Shown piece after piece: positions 35,189 to 45,270 of a stretch of DNA of 52,792 nucleotides. The notes beneath the pieces were generated by a model, which searched no databases, was not told the DNA's origin, and saw only the letters and a list, made by a program, of their open reading frames with translations. The translations under genes and the position numbers were made by a program. The stretch is from Folioceros fuciformis (lineage: Eukaryota). Each line of letters opens with the position of its first letter. Position 1 is the stretch's first letter. The DNA is taken from assembly GCA_049999805.1 (NCBI GenBank), contig JBNGIO010005929.1, positions 82,040-134,831 of the forward strand, in the 5' to 3' direction.

Positions 35189-36463
35189 TCACACACCAGC
35201 AGCTGTTCTTCGAGCTATCCAGTCTTCAAAGAGCGCTACCCTGTTGGCAGAGCCTTGCAGCTGCTGCCCGCTATTCTCACCATCTTGGCCACGGACCACC
35301 TCCTCGTGTAGGCTGTTGGGAACTGGATCTTCAACCTGATCGGGATTAACCTCCCCTGCCATAATGCAGTAATTGTGTAGTACACAGCAAGACACAGCCA
35401 CTCGGGGCGCATACCGGAGATCTGTGTTGCAGTTGTTCAGGATCTGCCACCTGCTCTTGAGCATACCAAAAGCAGTCTGTATTTTATTATGAGACTTCCA
35501 AAGCTGCTTGTTGAAGGCATCCTCTGTAGAACTTCGCGCGTTGAAGGGTTTCACGAGCCATGTTCTCAAAGGATATGCGGCATCCCCTACCAAGTAAGGT
35601 CGAATTTTCCGCCCTCTTACGCTTACGCTGTGGTCACTGAACAACCCCCTGTCTTCCATCTTCGTCCACAAGCTGGTCACCCTCAGATTGCTTGCGTCAT
35701 GAGTAGCCCCGGGCATCTTGCAAGCTACATCCCAGAAAAAGTGCTCCGAATCGCACACTCCTTGCAGGAGAATGGAAGGAAATCCATGCCTCGACCTGTA
35801 CTCCACAGGATTCCGAGCCCTACAAGGCTTTCTAAACAGCCGCACGTGGGTGCCATCAATCGCACCGGACATACCTGGCAGCTCCGTGAGCTGCGAAAAC
35901 CTAGCCATGATTTGCACCAGCCTCTCCCCAGCAGGCACGGATATGTATCGCGAATAGAGCTTATCTCGGTCGGTGAGAATGGCGATCACGATTCTGGTAT
36001 ACTTGGAGATGGTGGACGCCCCGATTCCATACATCTCCGACATCTCGCTAGGAGACTTCCCCGATCCCAGCCGGTGGAGCACCACGGCCACAGCCTTGTC
36101 CTTCTCAACAGGTTGTCTCACGAACGTAGCCGCATGTTCGATAAAGGGAGACAGCAAAGCCACCAGCTTAGTGAAGCTCCTGAACCCCATCCTGAAATGC
36201 CTCCTCCACACAGCATCCCGCTCTTCGTCCCCGACATTGGAGACCTGCCTCTTGATGGTCGCCCACCACAGATTCCTGGTGGACGGCGACCACCAGAGTC
36301 TCTCCCCCTCCTCCGATTGGGCAACCAGAGTGTAGGCGGCCATCAATCTCATAATCCCATCCCTGCCTGCTGGTGGCTCCAACAAAGCAAGGAGGAGCAG
36401 GAAGGGGTGCACCTGGCCATTGTGTGTCAAGGCCCACAGCACTGCACTTTCGAAGTAATCCAT
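35189..36463 (-). CDS. PIF/Harbinger transposase-derived nuclease (HARBI1/ALP1-like), intronless
   Basis: Motifs WRRHFRM..F, HTH VAVVLHRLGSG..YGIGASTISK, GAIDGTHV, SILLQGVCD, PGATHDA, YLVGDAAYPL..LVKPF, AFGMLKSRWQIL and CCVLHNYC. Confidence 0.93.
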   Translation of the reverse strand: MDYFESAVLWALTHNGQVHPFLLLLALLEPPAGRDGIMRLMAAYTLVAQSEEGERLWWSPSTRNLWWATIKRQVSNVGDEERDAVWRRHFRMGFRSFTKLVALLSPFIEHAATFVRQPVEKDKAVAVVLHRLGSGKSPSEMSEMYGIGASTISKYTRIVIAILTDRDKLYSRYISVPAGERLVQIMARFSQLTELPGMSGAIDGTHVRLFRKPCRARNPVEYRSRHGFPSILLQGVCDSEHFFWDVACKMPGATHDASNLRVTSLWTKMEDRGLFSDHSVSVRGRKIRPYLVGDAAYPLRTWLVKPFNARSSTEDAFNKQLWKSHNKIQTAFGMLKSRWQILNNCNTDLRYAPRVAVSCCVLHNYCIMAGEVNPDQVEDPVPNSLHEEVVRGQDGENSGQQLQGSANRVALFEDWIARRTAAGV

Positions 36464-36520
36464 TTCCTTCTCTTGCAGATTTTCAATACTGGAATCATGG
36501 AGCACTGCACGTAGCGCTCG

Positions 36521-39500
36521 TCAGTAAGGCATACAAACATCCGCCCACGGCACCATTGCCGTCATCTTGCGAGTGAACTCGCGTGAGAGGGGAGAAAAGA
36601 GTTTTATAGCCCTAGTGTAAGAACCTGATGCATCGCCTATGGGTGGTGCGTATTTGCGTTCTGTGTAGGTCAGTGCTCTGGGACAGTGTGTAAAGACGTG
36701 GATTTTCACAAGCATTCTGCGGCTTGGCAGCTTCTCGCTGTGCGCAGATACATCTTCCTTTCTATGAGACACATGTACTTTTTGTTTGCAGTTGGAAAGA
36801 GGAGTACATGCTCTAGCCTTACTGGACTCTTGGGATACTGCAATTCTACACCCGACCATAAAACTATGCACCTGGCCGTCCATGTTAGTCCACCAGCTCT
36901 GACCAGGCTGTTGCGATGCCCTGATTCCAGTTCTCTTGGCTTGCATCCGGTGTGCCTGCTCCCACATCTGGGCGCCGGCGTAAATGTTGGACATCAACAC
37001 AAACGCTGCGGCATCGTTCTCGTCTAGCTGCACAGCTTGGTGGAAAGCATGTTGTCCCACCTCGACGTTGCTCCACTTTCGACAAGCACCCAAGAGAGTG
37101 TGCCAGACTGCAGCATCAGGGAGGACACGCATTGTGTTAATGAAAGCTAATGCCTCGTGCAGTCGACCTGCACGCCCAAGGAGATCCACCATGCATGTGT
37201 AATGCTCCACTGTGGGAGTGATTCCGTGGTTTGCGTGCATAGCCTCGAAATACTGTCTCCCCTTGTTCACTAGGCCCGCATGACTACACACTGTTAGCAC
37301 ACTGAGGAACGTGATTCCGACTGGCTTTATGCCATCGTCTGTCATTCTTTGAAACAAGTCAAACACCAATTCGCTGTCTCCTTGACTGCTGTATCCTGCG
37401 ATCAGCGCACTCCAAGCAAATACGTCTCTTTCATGCAACGCATCAAACACCTGCTGTGCATCAACCATGCTCCCTGACTTTCCATACATGTTTATCAAGC
37501 TGCCGGCTAGAGACGCATAAGCTTGAAGCCCCAGTTCTTGAATCTGGGCATGTATCTGCCTTCCCAGATTCAAAGCTGCCACATTTGCACATGCCTGCAG
37601 GAGGAACGCGAAGGTCACCGTATCGGGTAAAGCAATGCCTTCTTCTTGCATATCCCTGTACAGACTAAGGACTTTCTGGTCCATGCCTTGCTGAGTATAC
37701 CCTGCTATCATAGCGGTCCACGTCACGACATCTCTTGATTTAAGTCTGTCAAACACTCTCTGAGCGTCTTCCAAGTTACCACACTTGGCATACATATTCA
37801 CCAAACCGCTGGCTACAAATGCATCACCTTCATGTCCTTGCTCTCGGATCTGCGCATGAAGCTGTATGCCCATCCCCAAACCTTGGCTGCACACACTTGC
37901 ACATGCTTGAAGGAGACACACAAATGTCACAGAATCAGGTTTGGCGATTCCTTCTTCTTGCATAGTACTGTAGAGACGAAGGGCTTCCTGGCCCATAGCC
38001 TGCTGAGAATACCCTGATATCATGGCATTCCACGTCCCCACATCTCTTTTTGGACCAAGTCCATCAAACACCCTTCGAGAATCTTCCAGGCTTCCACACT
38101 TTGCATACATGTTGACCAGACTGTTGGCTACAACAACATCACCTTCGTATCCTTGTCTTCTGATTTGTGCATGGAGCTGCTTGCCCTTCTCCAAAGCTGG
38201 GATGCCGACATTCCCGAATGCCTGCAGGAGGGACACAAATGTTAAAGAATCGGGTACTGTAACACCTCCTTCTTGCATAGAACTGTAGAGGCGAAGAACC
38301 TCCTGCACCCTGCCCTGTTGGGCATAGCCTGCTAGGATGGCAGTCCACGTCACCTCATTCTTCTCACCGAGTCCCTTAAACACAATCTCAGCATCTTCCA
38401 AGCTGCCACACTTCACATACATGTTTACCAAACTGCTGGCTACATACACATCAGCTTGATGTCCTCCAACTTTAATCTGTGCATGCAATTTCCTCCCCTT
38501 CTCCAATGCCTGGGTGCCCAAACTGGCGCATGCCTGAAGGAGGCACGCGAATGTGACGGAATTGGGTACTGTGATGCCTTCCTCTTGCATGGCAGTGTAC
38601 ATACAAAGTGCTTGCTGGCCCATGCCCTGCCGGGAATACCCTGATATCATGGCATTCCATGTCACCACTTCTCTGTGAACAAGGCCATCAAAAACCCTTC
38701 GAGCGTCCTCCAAACTTCCACATCTGGCATACATGTTTACCAGACTATTCGCTACAAGTGCATTATCCTCTTCTCCTCGTTCTCTAATTTGCCTATGGAG
38801 CTCCTTTCCCTTCTCCAAAGCTGGGGACCCCACAGTTGCACATGCCTGGAAGAGGCACACAAATGTGACGCAGTCAGGCGCCACCCCACCATGTTTCCGC
38901 ATATCACCGTAGAGATTGAGGGCTTCGAGGCCCATGCCCTTCTGGGAATAACCTGATATCATGGCATTCCATGTCACCGCATCTTTCCGACTGAGACCAT
39001 CAAATACTTTTCGAGCCGCTTCCAAGCTACCACACTTGGCATACATGTCCACCAGGCAGTTACAGACAAACAAATCAGGCTCAAGCCCACTGGCCAACAG
39101 ATCAGCATGCAGCAGCTGCCCAGTTTTCAGGTCTACTCCCCTTGCACAAGCCTGAAGGGCGGCCACAAAGACATGGCCATCTGGCTTCACATTCGACCTA
39201 CGCATCCGATGATAGAGTTGTATGGCCCGCTTGTCTTCTCCGTGCTTAACATGCGCAGAGATTATGGCCGACCACGTGAATGCATCTGGTTTTGCAACCG
39301 TTGTCAAGACATCCATAGCATCCTGCAACCTGCCGTGACAGGCATACATTCGTAGGATGTGGTTGCAGAGGAACGTATCCGACTGGTACCCCAGTTTCAC
39401 CGTGAAAGCATGGATCCGGCGACCCAGAACAAGATCCTGCTCCACCACAGATCTCTTTAGCACAGTGTAAAACAGGGTTTTCGAAACGCAACAGTCCTTC

Positions 39501-39862
39501 TGAATTAGAACTCCCAAAGCCTCAACAGCCTCAACTAGATGACCATGATAGCACATGTTGCTCACAGTGTCAGGCGACACAAGATGAAACAGGGCAAAAC
39601 TCTGAGCAATATCCATTCCCCTACCCATATCCACATTCAGAACATCGAGCTCTGCAGACTGTCGCCACAAGAGGCCCTGGTCGCTGGAAGATCCGTCTTG
39701 AGGTGAACATCCACTTGGACGAGGTAGCTTCCTCCTTCCTGCAACTCCTTTCTTTGCCAAAGATGTACAATTCCTTAGGTTCATCGGACGAGCAGGAGGT
39801 GTTCCTATCAATCTCCAGACACCCATGGCTCCAAGTGCCACGCACCCGGCCCATGTCAGCAA
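36521..39862 (-). CDS. PLS-class PPR protein with E domains, WW-type PG box and degenerate DYW remnant (organellar RNA-editing factor family); start uncertain
   Basis: Repeated P-L-S triplets (VTWNAMISGYSQ / PDxVTFVCLLQACA / NSLVNMYAKCGSLEDA). Then HYTCMVDLLGRAG, WHTLLGACRKW, PGQSWWT and HSEKL. Confidence 0.95.
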   Translation of the reverse strand: MLTWAGCVALGAMGVWRLIGTPPARPMNLRNCTSLAKKGVAGRRKLPRPSGCSPQDGSSSDQGLLWRQSAELDVLNVDMGRGMDIAQSFALFHLVSPDTVSNMCYHGHLVEAVEALGVLIQKDCCVSKTLFYTVLKRSVVEQDLVLGRRIHAFTVKLGYQSDTFLCNHILRMYACHGRLQDAMDVLTTVAKPDAFTWSAIISAHVKHGEDKRAIQLYHRMRRSNVKPDGHVFVAALQACARGVDLKTGQLLHADLLASGLEPDLFVCNCLVDMYAKCGSLEAARKVFDGLSRKDAVTWNAMISGYSQKGMGLEALNLYGDMRKHGGVAPDCVTFVCLFQACATVGSPALEKGKELHRQIRERGEEDNALVANSLVNMYARCGSLEDARRVFDGLVHREVVTWNAMISGYSRQGMGQQALCMYTAMQEEGITVPNSVTFACLLQACASLGTQALEKGRKLHAQIKVGGHQADVYVASSLVNMYVKCGSLEDAEIVFKGLGEKNEVTWTAILAGYAQQGRVQEVLRLYSSMQEGGVTVPDSLTFVSLLQAFGNVGIPALEKGKQLHAQIRRQGYEGDVVVANSLVNMYAKCGSLEDSRRVFDGLGPKRDVGTWNAMISGYSQQAMGQEALRLYSTMQEEGIAKPDSVTFVCLLQACASVCSQGLGMGIQLHAQIREQGHEGDAFVASGLVNMYAKCGNLEDAQRVFDRLKSRDVVTWTAMIAGYTQQGMDQKVLSLYRDMQEEGIALPDTVTFAFLLQACANVAALNLGRQIHAQIQELGLQAYASLAGSLINMYGKSGSMVDAQQVFDALHERDVFAWSALIAGYSSQGDSELVFDLFQRMTDDGIKPVGITFLSVLTVCSHAGLVNKGRQYFEAMHANHGITPTVEHYTCMVDLLGRAGRLHEALAFINTMRVLPDAAVWHTLLGACRKWSNVEVGQHAFHQAVQLDENDAAAFVLMSNIYAGAQMWEQAHRMQAKRTGIRASQQPGQSWWTNMDGQVHSFMVGCRIAVSQESSKARACTPLSNCKQKVHVSHRKEDVSAHSEKLPSRRMLVKIHVFTHCPRALTYTERKYAPPIGDASGSYTRAIKLFSPLSREFTRKMTAMVPWADVCMPY

Positions 39863-41838
39863 TAGGCAGCGGCCCGTATAGATGAGCGTCAGGTCACATG
39901 TGGAGCAGCAGTAGACCTGGCTAACGTGACCATGTCGCTGCTAAGAATGCCTTGGCCCTTGCCCTTGGCAAGAGAACCCTTACTGGAGGGCGCTGCAAGT
40001 ATCTTATTGACCATATCCTTGTTATACGAAATAGGACTTCCGGCATATGGGTCACATTGTCCATGATTCTTAAGTATCCTGCGATGGCAACGAACACGTC
40101 CTTCTCGTACTACTAGTGATCCACAATATCTCGGAAGTTTCCTGGAGCTGGACAATCTATTCCCACACCTTGTGGTTTTCAAATCAGCGATGGCCACTCA
40201 TCCCTTGCCAAAGTGAAGTCGGTTATACAACCAAAAAACATAGAATTGAGAAAGAATTCTATAAAATATAGTAGTACAAACTTTTTAAGAGCGAGCAAAT
40301 AAAGAAACAGGAGACTTCATTATACAAGAAGCAAGAAACCCATATACCCCCTTAACAGAGAGGGACAACCCATTGAATGGATTAGCCCCACAATCAAGCT
40401 TGCCAAAACTACCAACTACTCTGGAATGTGAAAGGGTATGGTGGGAGAATGTGTCGAAAGATCTAAAAAAGGGTTTGCCTACCACCAAAGTCTAAGAAGT
40501 TGTTGCCCCAAATCCTATAGAAAACAACTACTCAAGAAAGGGAAGACTAGCCCCAATCTTGTTGTGACAGGCCCTAGCGCATCCTTTACAAACTTGATCA
40601 AACCCTTACCCATGCTCCATGAGTCTCCATGAATATGTGGTCATCCTACATAGGAGAGTGTTTGCTGACCTTGCTTGTTGCAGAACCTTCCATCGCCCAT
40701 CATGAAGGGTAACTTAGAATAACATGTTCGCATATGGTGTTTGGAGTTGGAGAAGTAACAACAACATTCACAACAAAAACCTTATGCCCCCTTATCAAAA
40801 ATAGGTCAACCCAATGGGAAAACCCATTAAACTAGGTGTAGGGGCAAACCTTGAATAGAAACCTCACCTTCCTTAGCAATAGTCTGAATATGATATCTTG
40901 GACAATGTCGTCTAGCAAAACGATCCCTATCCATACGACATGAAGCCAAGTGTGTCCCAAGGTCAACAAGAGGGAGCCCATGGCCCCACAACTGTAAGTT
41001 GAAAGGGAGCAGGCCAAAGGATGGACGAACCCTACATGAAAATACATTGGCGATGGAGAATGTCAGTGGTGTAATGCAGAATGCCTAAATGCTAGAACGA
41101 GTAAGAAGCCAAGCTCTACTCCCTTCCCAAAGCAAGAGTGTAGTCAAGCCCAAGTGGGATTAGGAATTGAAGAATCTAGGTTTGAGGAGGGCCAATTGCA
41201 CGTGACAATCTTGTTTCTCTAATAGCAATGCCTTTAGCTCCTAAAGCCTAGCCTAGCCTTAAAGCCTAGCAAGATTCTCAAGACCAAACCCTACACTTAT
41301 TTATTTTGACCTTCAAATTGAAGTGAGAGCTGCACAATGAAGAAACCCAGCCTCAAGAATACATATATCATCTGCTACAAATGGATATACACATTCCCAC
41401 ACAACAAAGGCATGTGAAGATAAGGCCCTTAAATATGCCAAGACAAATAGAGCACCTCCTTAAATCATCTTTTCTAGTATCTTTCAATGAGTCTAGCACC
41501 AAAACCCCTTCAACCGAATGCTCATGTACATAACTAGTTGAGGATGGAAAGAGATCCATGAAAAGAGCAAACAATGGGAATTAGGCTAGCCAATTGCCCA
41601 CCTATATTTTTTAGCTCATCAAATATGGTAGATTGTAAAATAGTATGCCATGCACTCTCTAAATTGACTCAAGGGGCAACCCAAACTAAATGGGTGTCAA
41701 AAGATGCATCCTCTCTCTTCGTGAAAAAAAAAGATGCATCCTCTCCAAAAACCACTATCTCAAAATCCGCTAGAGTAGCAATCCCGAATTAGTGACAGCA
41801 AAGATGGGCCTAGATCTAACGTTCGGAACTAGATACTA

Positions 41839-42071
41839 ATACTACGGCTTGTAGACCCCAAGAACACCTCACTAATGACAATAGGGAACACCCTTAAGTA
41901 CGATTCTACTTGTCCCTACAACCTAATGTGAGAAGGGGTCTCCCCACATCTGAAACTATATACTCATACTACGGCCAGTCGTCCTCAAGAACACCTCCCC
42001 AACGACAATAGGGAACACCCCTTGAGTACGCTTCTACTTGTCCCTAGAGCCTAATGCAAGGAGGTCTCCCC
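41839..42071. repeat. Imperfect tandem duplication, ~127 bp period
   Basis: ATACTACGGC..CAAGAACACCTC..GACAATAGGGAACACCC..TTCTACTTGTCCCTA..GGTCTCCCC occurs twice. Confidence 0.75.
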
Positions 42072-42646
42072 GCAAGCCATTGCAACATGGTGCCCTTCAA
42101 CAAATCGCTAATAGGATCTTTCAAGGTAAAGTGGACATAAAGATGGTCATAGACCGTACTTGAAAGACCACTTGAAGAAAGATACAAACCACTGGAACGC
42201 ACTTGAGCAAAGACCACTCTGTCAAAAAAGAATGGCTCCTTCATGACGTAGTCCCAAATGTCCCGCGAAATGAAGTCCCCTTGAGTGGGGTGAAGAGCGC
42301 AAGGGGCATAAATAGTCTCCTTTAAAGAAGGTGCAACCAATTGTGGGTGGAGAGCCTTAGCTACTCGAATATTCTTTAGCCCAATCCAACAAAAAACATA
42401 TCTTGAGACATGCCTTCATAAGGTCCACTTGAAAATTGTCCTCCTTTGCAAAGTCAACCTAGACCTCACCGCATAGGGTGCCTCCTCTTGCAAGACCTCC
42501 CATTCCGCTCCTAGAGTCAGCAGAGATGAGAGGCAAGCTCCTTGAAACCAAAAAAATGATCCTACCATGGGGCCTTACCTAGGAAGAAAATGAAATAATG
42601 CTTATGCTACTTCTTAGCCACGACCTTGCATTAGACACTCCAAGAG

Positions 42647-42742
42647 AAGGCAATAAGAAAGGCAGACATAATCTTGGGAAGGCAATAAGAAAGGCAGACA
42701 TAATCTTGGGAAGGCAATAAGCAACGTAGACATAATCCTGGA
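42647..42742. repeat. ~33 bp tandem repeat, ~3 copies
   Basis: Repeated unit AAGGCAATAAGAAAGGCAGACATAATCTTGGG. Confidence 0.8.
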
Positions 42743-42926
42743 GGTATCATGAAATGCCTCCAAAAAGGCGTGGTCCCAAAAAGCAAGGCTTAGCCTTATG
42801 TACAATAAGTTTTGGAGATATAAGGCATGAGCAACCATTACCAATACTCTAGCTTAGGCTCATAAGTTGTATCCAAAACTTCAAAGCCATGAGTGGGTCA
42901 AATAGACGCAAGTCTCAATTGGGCCT

Positions 42927-43761
42927 TGTCGCGCAGCAGCCGCATAGCTGCATGCCTACCTAGCCTGTCTACCAAGCTAGGTCACTAAGCTTCCGCCTGC
43001 CTGCGATCTCCTTGGCCTTCGGCCCAGGAGCAACAATCCTAGCCTTAATTTGTCCTTGACCTATGGCCAAGAGCAAGGCTACAAAAAGAGACTAGGTTTG
43101 CCTAAGAGAGGCAGACCCGGGACCCGTCAACAGCCCCCGTCAACAGGTGAAATCAAGCTGGAAAATTCTCCCAACCTGGCAATGCAACGAACCACAAGAA
43201 CCTCTAGGAGACAAAGACACAGCAGGGACGAAGTATGGCTGTCTATTGGAACAAGACAAACATCAACAATCCGAGAATCCATGGCTGGGTGCCTACATAT
43301 ATAGGCAAAAACCCCCAGGAGTTCTCGATGAAGTGTCCACCCGTATCGATGGTGGGCACTTTATAATCCTACTTTCCTTGATTTATGATTTTTATGTATT
43401 TTCTAATATCTTCTAATATAAATCTGCTATCTATATATGCGGCATAGCACCGCGCCTTTCATGCACAACCATGCATATAGGTTGCATGCGCCATGACACA
43501 TCACCTGCCACATGTCCACATACATCACATGTCATCCTTCATCTCCATATGCATGCATACATGGCATACATGTCATGTGCAGGCCATCCATGGGCCATGT
43601 ACATGACATCATCAAGCACTTCAGCATCAGGGCTTATGCCCGAGATGCTCCAGTCAGTATCTAGTCATTTCAGCATTCAGGGCTTATGCCCAGGATGCTC
43701 TAGTCAGTATCCAGTCATAGAGTCTTAGGTGCTCTGTTTCCCATACAGCAACAGCATGACA
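42927..43761. mobile_element. Solo LTR (~835 bp) with 4-bp TSD GCCT
   Basis: Begins TGTC and ends GACA with imperfect terminal inverted repeats. GCCT lies on both flanks (42923-42926, 43762-43765). The end is shared with positions 1-75. Confidence 0.75.
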
Positions 43762-43951
43762 GCCTCTTAAGTAGTCCAACCCAAATTCTTGTGGATGTGG
43801 CCAATGTAACTATCCCTTCACACCCCAATGCTTAAACCATTTCTCACAAGCAGGGCACATATTGCCCTTCACATGATTCAAAAAGAGAGTTCCATGGCAT
43901 CCCAAGGAAAGGAAGAAAGAGAAGCAAAAGTGGAACCAAAAAGATATAGAA

Positions 43952-44150
43952 CATACCCTTCTGCATATCAAACTTTATCGTAAAGTTCCTCCGTTTGAAT
44001 AGGCATTCTACCAACATATCATCCATATTATGAAACCAGAATGGGGGCCTTTTCTTTTCATACCCTTCCACATATCAAACTCTATCTTGAAGTTTCTTTG
44101 CTTGATGGGTGTTCTAACAACATATCATTCATGTCTTGGAATCAAAACTT
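43952..44150. repeat. ~105 bp tandem repeat x2, third copy at ~50487-50582
   Basis: CATACCCTT..CATATCAAACT..AACATATCATCCAT..AAACCA recurs at all three positions. Confidence 0.7.
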
Positions 44151-44337
44151 TCGGTGCTTGAACCAAAACCCATACCCATTGGCGGCGCAGAATCCTCCAA
44201 TGGACCCACCTCACCCGTGAGATCCGCTGGTGCTGCTCCTTTGTCGGACCCCACCCCGCCTACTCCGTTGTCAGCCCATTAATAATTCGTAGTAGAATCT
44301 AACTATCACTCCTCCCTATATAGCTGTGGTTATATGG

Positions 44338-45037
44338 GAGAAGGTGAGATCAAAGGAAATACAATTGGAGTATTGTCCAATAAATGACATGCCGGCACAT
44401 ATCTTTGGCTAAAAGGCTTGAGTTTAGACAAGCATGCCAGGTTTAGCAAGGTGCTTGGTTTAAGGGAATAGTTTTTGAGGTGTTGAGTGGGAGTGTTAGA
44501 AATGAGTGGTTTAGGACAATACCAAGGAGCGCTGTTTGTACCAAACCTACTTAGAAATTGTTAGAAATGAGTGGTTTAGGACAGCATATCAAAAGAGTAA
44601 TTGTTCTAAATTAACACAGCACATCAAAAGAGTTATTGTTCTAAATTAACACAGCACATCAAAAGAGTAATTGTTCTAAATNNNNNNNNNNATTGTTCTA
44701 AATTAACACAGCACATCAAAAGAGTAATTGTTCTAAATTAACACAGCACATCAAAAGAGTAATTGTTCTAAATTAACACAGCACATCATTATGCCATATC
44801 AGAGAGTGGTAGAAGAACTTTGCTTGTAGTTTAAGTAAGGTTATTACTATAGAATAGATAGTGTCTAGGATAGTAACATGGTGATCTTTGAGTATATAAG
44901 GGGTCATGGCCACGCTCTATGGTGTAGTGGTGAATCCATCAATGTTTGAGCTTATTGAGCTCTTAGATATTGTTCACCCTCCCCTCTCTTGTAGAATATT
45001 TCCTCTCGATAAAGGCTAGATCTGTACATTTCTAACA
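44338..45037 (+). mobile_element. Ty1/copia 3' remnant: RNase H C-terminus, PPT and 3' LTR (44494-45037)
   Basis: Frameshifted EKVRSKEIQLEYCPINDMPAHIF..K.L..DKHARFSKVLGL. PPT TTGAGTGGGAG abuts TGTTAGAAATG. Perfect 11-bp inverted end CATTTCTAACA at 45027-45037. Confidence 0.8.
44581..44787. repeat. 35-bp minisatellite (~6 copies, gap inside) within the copia LTR
   Basis: Head-to-tail unit ACAGCACATCAAAAGAGTAATTGTTCTAAATTAAC. Confidence 0.9.
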
Positions 45038-45270
45038 TAGTGCCCTTTGTGTTTGCTAGCGTTGGAGCTTGAGGATGCAACTGCCACCACCCCTAAGATT
45101 GGAGAGGTTTGTTACTCAACTCTCAGACTTGCGCGTTTTGAGATTCTTCCTTGACTAACACTCCAACCGCAATCCACTAGCCTTTCATTCCTTCAATTTG
45201 GTTTTTGGGAATGCAGCAAATACACCGACTTTTGCATATGCTTGAGGAGTAAAGTAGCCGATCTGAAATT

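Larger units (their letters stand above)
40200..42926. mobile_element. Degenerate TE-derived sequence, family unresolved
   Basis: AT-richer, few CG dinucleotides, no long ORF, internal tandem duplications. Confidence 0.4.

Noticed and set aside
33307-36821. Candidate Harbinger TIR pair GGCTAGA..ATGTAC (near 33307 and 36805-36818)
   Set aside because: Imperfect match, no TWA TSD on the left, and PPR homology (HSEKL) continues across the supposed right end.
44581-44787. 35-bp repeat array resembling a CRISPR by unit length
   Set aside because: Units are head-to-tail with no unique spacers, there are no cas genes, and the array lies within a eukaryotic LTR.
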